64,000 nt of DNA, from IMG/VR virus record IMGVR_UViG_3300027834_000005, positions 283,233 to 347,232 of that record; one strand, written 5' to 3'. The translations under genes and the position numbers were made by a program. Shown piece by piece: positions 61,961 to 64,000 of the stretch. How positions within the stretch are numbered: position 1 is the stretch's first letter; each line of letters begins with the position of its first letter. The notes beneath the pieces are model-generated. The model ran no database searches. It was not told where the DNA came from and saw only the letters and a list, made by a program, of their open reading frames with translations.

Positions 61961-64000
61961 TTGTACGTAGATATTTTATTTGAACCACGCAACGAAGTCA
62001 TACGTGTGGTTGAAAGAGACCCTCAAGGTAATCGAGTACATAAGGAATATGCACCTGACTACCACTTTTTCCTAAATGACAGCCACGGGACCTATAAATC
62101 AATTTATGGTGACCCTGTGAAAATGGTGAAGCCTAGAACTTTTTCTGATCTTAGAAAGATGAAGTCAAAGTACTACAGCGCTACCACTTGGGAATCAGAT
62201 ATTAAGCAAGACACTCGTTGTCTTGAAAGTAACTATAAGGGAATGGAATCTCCCAAATTACACACGGCATTTTTCGATATTGAGACCGACTTTGATTCGG
62301 TCAATGGATACTCTGCTCCTAGGGACGCAGACAACGCTATTATATCGATAGCAGTATATTTACAATGGTTAGACCAAATGGTATGTGTAGCTGTGCCTCC
62401 TTCTACTATGACGTGGGAAGAGGCATTAGAAATCTCTAGTGAAGTTCCAGATACTATCTTAGTGTCAACGGAAGAAGAAATGCTTGAGATGTTCTTGACA
62501 TTGATTGAAGACGCCGACGTCTTGTCTGGGTGGAACTCAGATTTCTACGATATTCCATACACCACCAACCGTATAATAAAGAAGTTGGGGAAGCTCCATG
62601 CTAGGCGCTTATGTTTATGGGATAGAATGCCTGAAAGCAGAATGGTAGAAAGATTCGGTAAAGAAGAGCAAACGTATGATTTGGTGGGCAGAGTCCATCT
62701 CGATTACCTTAAGCTTTATAAGAACTTCAACTATGAAGAGAAGAGCAGCTATAAGTTGAACTCTGTTGCGGAAGATGAACTCGATGAGCAGAAAGTAGAC
62801 TACGACGGTACGCTTGATCACTTGTACAACCATGATTTCAAGTTATTCTTGGAATACAACATACAAGATACCAAGTTACTGGATGACTTAGATAAAAAGC
62901 TCCAGTTCATAGACTTAGCTAGCGACATGGCACATGATAACTGCATCAAGATTCCAGCAATCTTAGGCGCGGTAGGAATGACCGAACAAGCAGTAGTTAT
63001 GGAAGCCCATGATATGGGTTACGTAGTGCCTGATAAGGACATCCCTCAAGATGACCACATCAAGTATAAAGCTGCTGGTGGTTGGGTGTCACATCCTAAG
63101 ATAGGGTTACATGATTGGGTAGGTTCAACGGATTTGAACTCACTATATCCATCTGTTATCCGTGCTTTGAATATGAGTAACGAGACCATCATAGGTCAAA
63201 TAAGAACACATGAGACGCTTGGTCAAATAAGCGATTTCATAGAATCATTTACTTCTGAGTCTAAGAAGAAATCAGCTTTTGCTGAATGGTGGAATGACAG
63301 ATTTAATACACTAGAAATGGAACACTTTTTTGAGGATAACAACGAACATAAGTTATATCTTGACATGGAGGATGGTAACACATTCGAATTGACTGGATCT
63401 GAGCTTAGACAGTTGGTGTTTGATAATCAGAATAATTGGTGTATATCTGCTAACGGAACCATCTTCAGAACAGACAAGCGTGGAGTCATCCCTGCCCTCT
63501 TAACGAGATGGTATGAGGAGCGTAAGGTTCTTAAGAAGAAAATGAACATGTACGGTCAGTTAGAGATTAATGAGAAGAATGAGTACCCGATACGCATTGC
63601 TGAAGGTCTCTTTACTGCCGAAGATGTGGATTATAGTTCTTATGTCATGAATGATGCTTATGACTTAGACAAGTGTTTCAATACAAGTACCCTTCAGGGC
63701 TTCATAAAGGCCGGTAACAGGGACGAAGTTGTTAGATACATGAACTTGCATAGGTTAGAAGTAAAAGACGGTGTAGTGGTCCACAGCGACCCTATAGAGC
63801 TTGAGTACGTCGGTAAATATTGGGATAAAAAGCAGCTTGTTAAAAAGATCTTGCTTAACTCCTTGTATGGTGGACTATTATCCAAGGCTCATAGGTTCTT
63901 CGATCAACGTCTAGGACAAAGTACTACGCTGACAGGTCGCTGTATCACTAAGCACATGACAGCTAAGACTAATGAGATTTTGACAGGCGAGTATGATCAT
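61961..64000 (+). CDS. polB: Family B DNA polymerase (T4 gp43-like), 3'-truncated by window edge
   Basis: TTG start after AAGGAG; frame open to the end of the window; ExoI FFDIETD, ExoII GWNSDFYDIPY, ExoIII YNIQD, motif A DLNSLYPS, motif B KKILLNSLYG; missed by the ORF track. Confidence 0.95.
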   Translation, partial: MYVDILFEPRNEVIRVVERDPQGNRVHKEYAPDYHFFLNDSHGTYKSIYGDPVKMVKPRTFSDLRKMKSKYYSATTWESDIKQDTRCLESNYKGMESPKLHTAFFDIETDFDSVNGYSAPRDADNAIISIAVYLQWLDQMVCVAVPPSTMTWEEALEISSEVPDTILVSTEEEMLEMFLTLIEDADVLSGWNSDFYDIPYTTNRIIKKLGKLHARRLCLWDRMPESRMVERFGKEEQTYDLVGRVHLDYLKLYKNFNYEEKSSYKLNSVAEDELDEQKVDYDGTLDHLYNHDFKLFLEYNIQDTKLLDDLDKKLQFIDLASDMAHDNCIKIPAILGAVGMTEQAVVMEAHDMGYVVPDKDIPQDDHIKYKAAGGWVSHPKIGLHDWVGSTDLNSLYPSVIRALNMSNETIIGQIRTHETLGQISDFIESFTSESKKKSAFAEWWNDRFNTLEMEHFFEDNNEHKLYLDMEDGNTFELTGSELRQLVFDNQNNWCISANGTIFRTDKRGVIPALLTRWYEERKVLKKKMNMYGQLEINEKNEYPIRIAEGLFTAEDVDYSSYVMNDAYDLDKCFNTSTLQGFIKAGNRDEVVRYMNLHRLEVKDGVVVHSDPIELEYVGKYWDKKQLVKKILLNSLYGGLLSKAHRFFDQRLGQSTTLTGRCITKHMTAKTNEILTGEYDH

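Noticed and set aside
63542-63820. Intein in PolB
   Set aside because: No Cys/Ser start, no His-Asn end and no homing endonuclease motifs.
920-63885. Numerous minus-strand and alternate-frame ORFs in the track (e.g. 9244..9762, 27434..27961, 54141..54755)
   Set aside because: They are fully nested in well-supported genes, with no RBS or promoter and no recognisable motifs. Treated as shadows.
1-64000. tRNA, rRNA, tmRNA or CRISPR array
   Set aside because: No cloverleaf or T-loop signature in any intergenic gap and no regularly spaced repeat-spacer array. Gaps are short and explained by promoters and terminators.
1-64000. Alternative genetic code (stop recoding)
   Set aside because: Known proteins are full length in the standard code, and TAG, TGA and TAA all end genes at expected positions.

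Overview
This is a 64 kb, AT-rich, almost entirely plus-strand segment of a jumbo T4-superfamily-like myovirus genome. The evidence is a family B DNA polymerase, clamp-loader subunit, DsbA-like protein, PAAR spike tip, T4 gp34-like fibre repeats and a recurring (G/T)ATAAATA late-promoter motif alongside near-consensus sigma70 promoters. The host is probably a proteobacterium (inference). The left 30 kb holds nucleotide metabolism genes (nrdB-nrdA, thyA, DHFR, MazG-like, HAD nucleotidase), two metallophosphoesterases, a SleB-type wall hydrolase, bS21, PhoH and many small ORFs. The region from 29.8 to 61.2 kb is a large cluster of virion fibre/appendage genes. It includes a DUF285 adhesin, three tandem propeller paralogues, a DUF4915-like protein, an M14 peptidase-Kelch fusion and a collagen fibre, and it is interrupted by a J-protein/clpA unit. 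The strongest candidate system is a dispersed, phage-encoded proteolysis network. clpS, clpP and clpA lie 10-44 kb apart, each has its own sigma70 promoter, and all three prefer CGT/CGC Arg codons. A ClpX with altered recognition loops, a chimeric J-protein and two GroES proteins accompany them. Other notable signals are a hairpin that hides a fibre gene's RBS with a late promoter in its loop, a stand-alone GcrA-like C-terminal domain, two catalytically stripped DNA-enzyme derivatives, a class Id-like NrdB, and structured leaders before the SLOG, phoH and polB genes. No tRNA, rRNA, CRISPR array, integrase, transposase, intron or intein was seen. All family assignments come from motif recognition by eye, not database searches.
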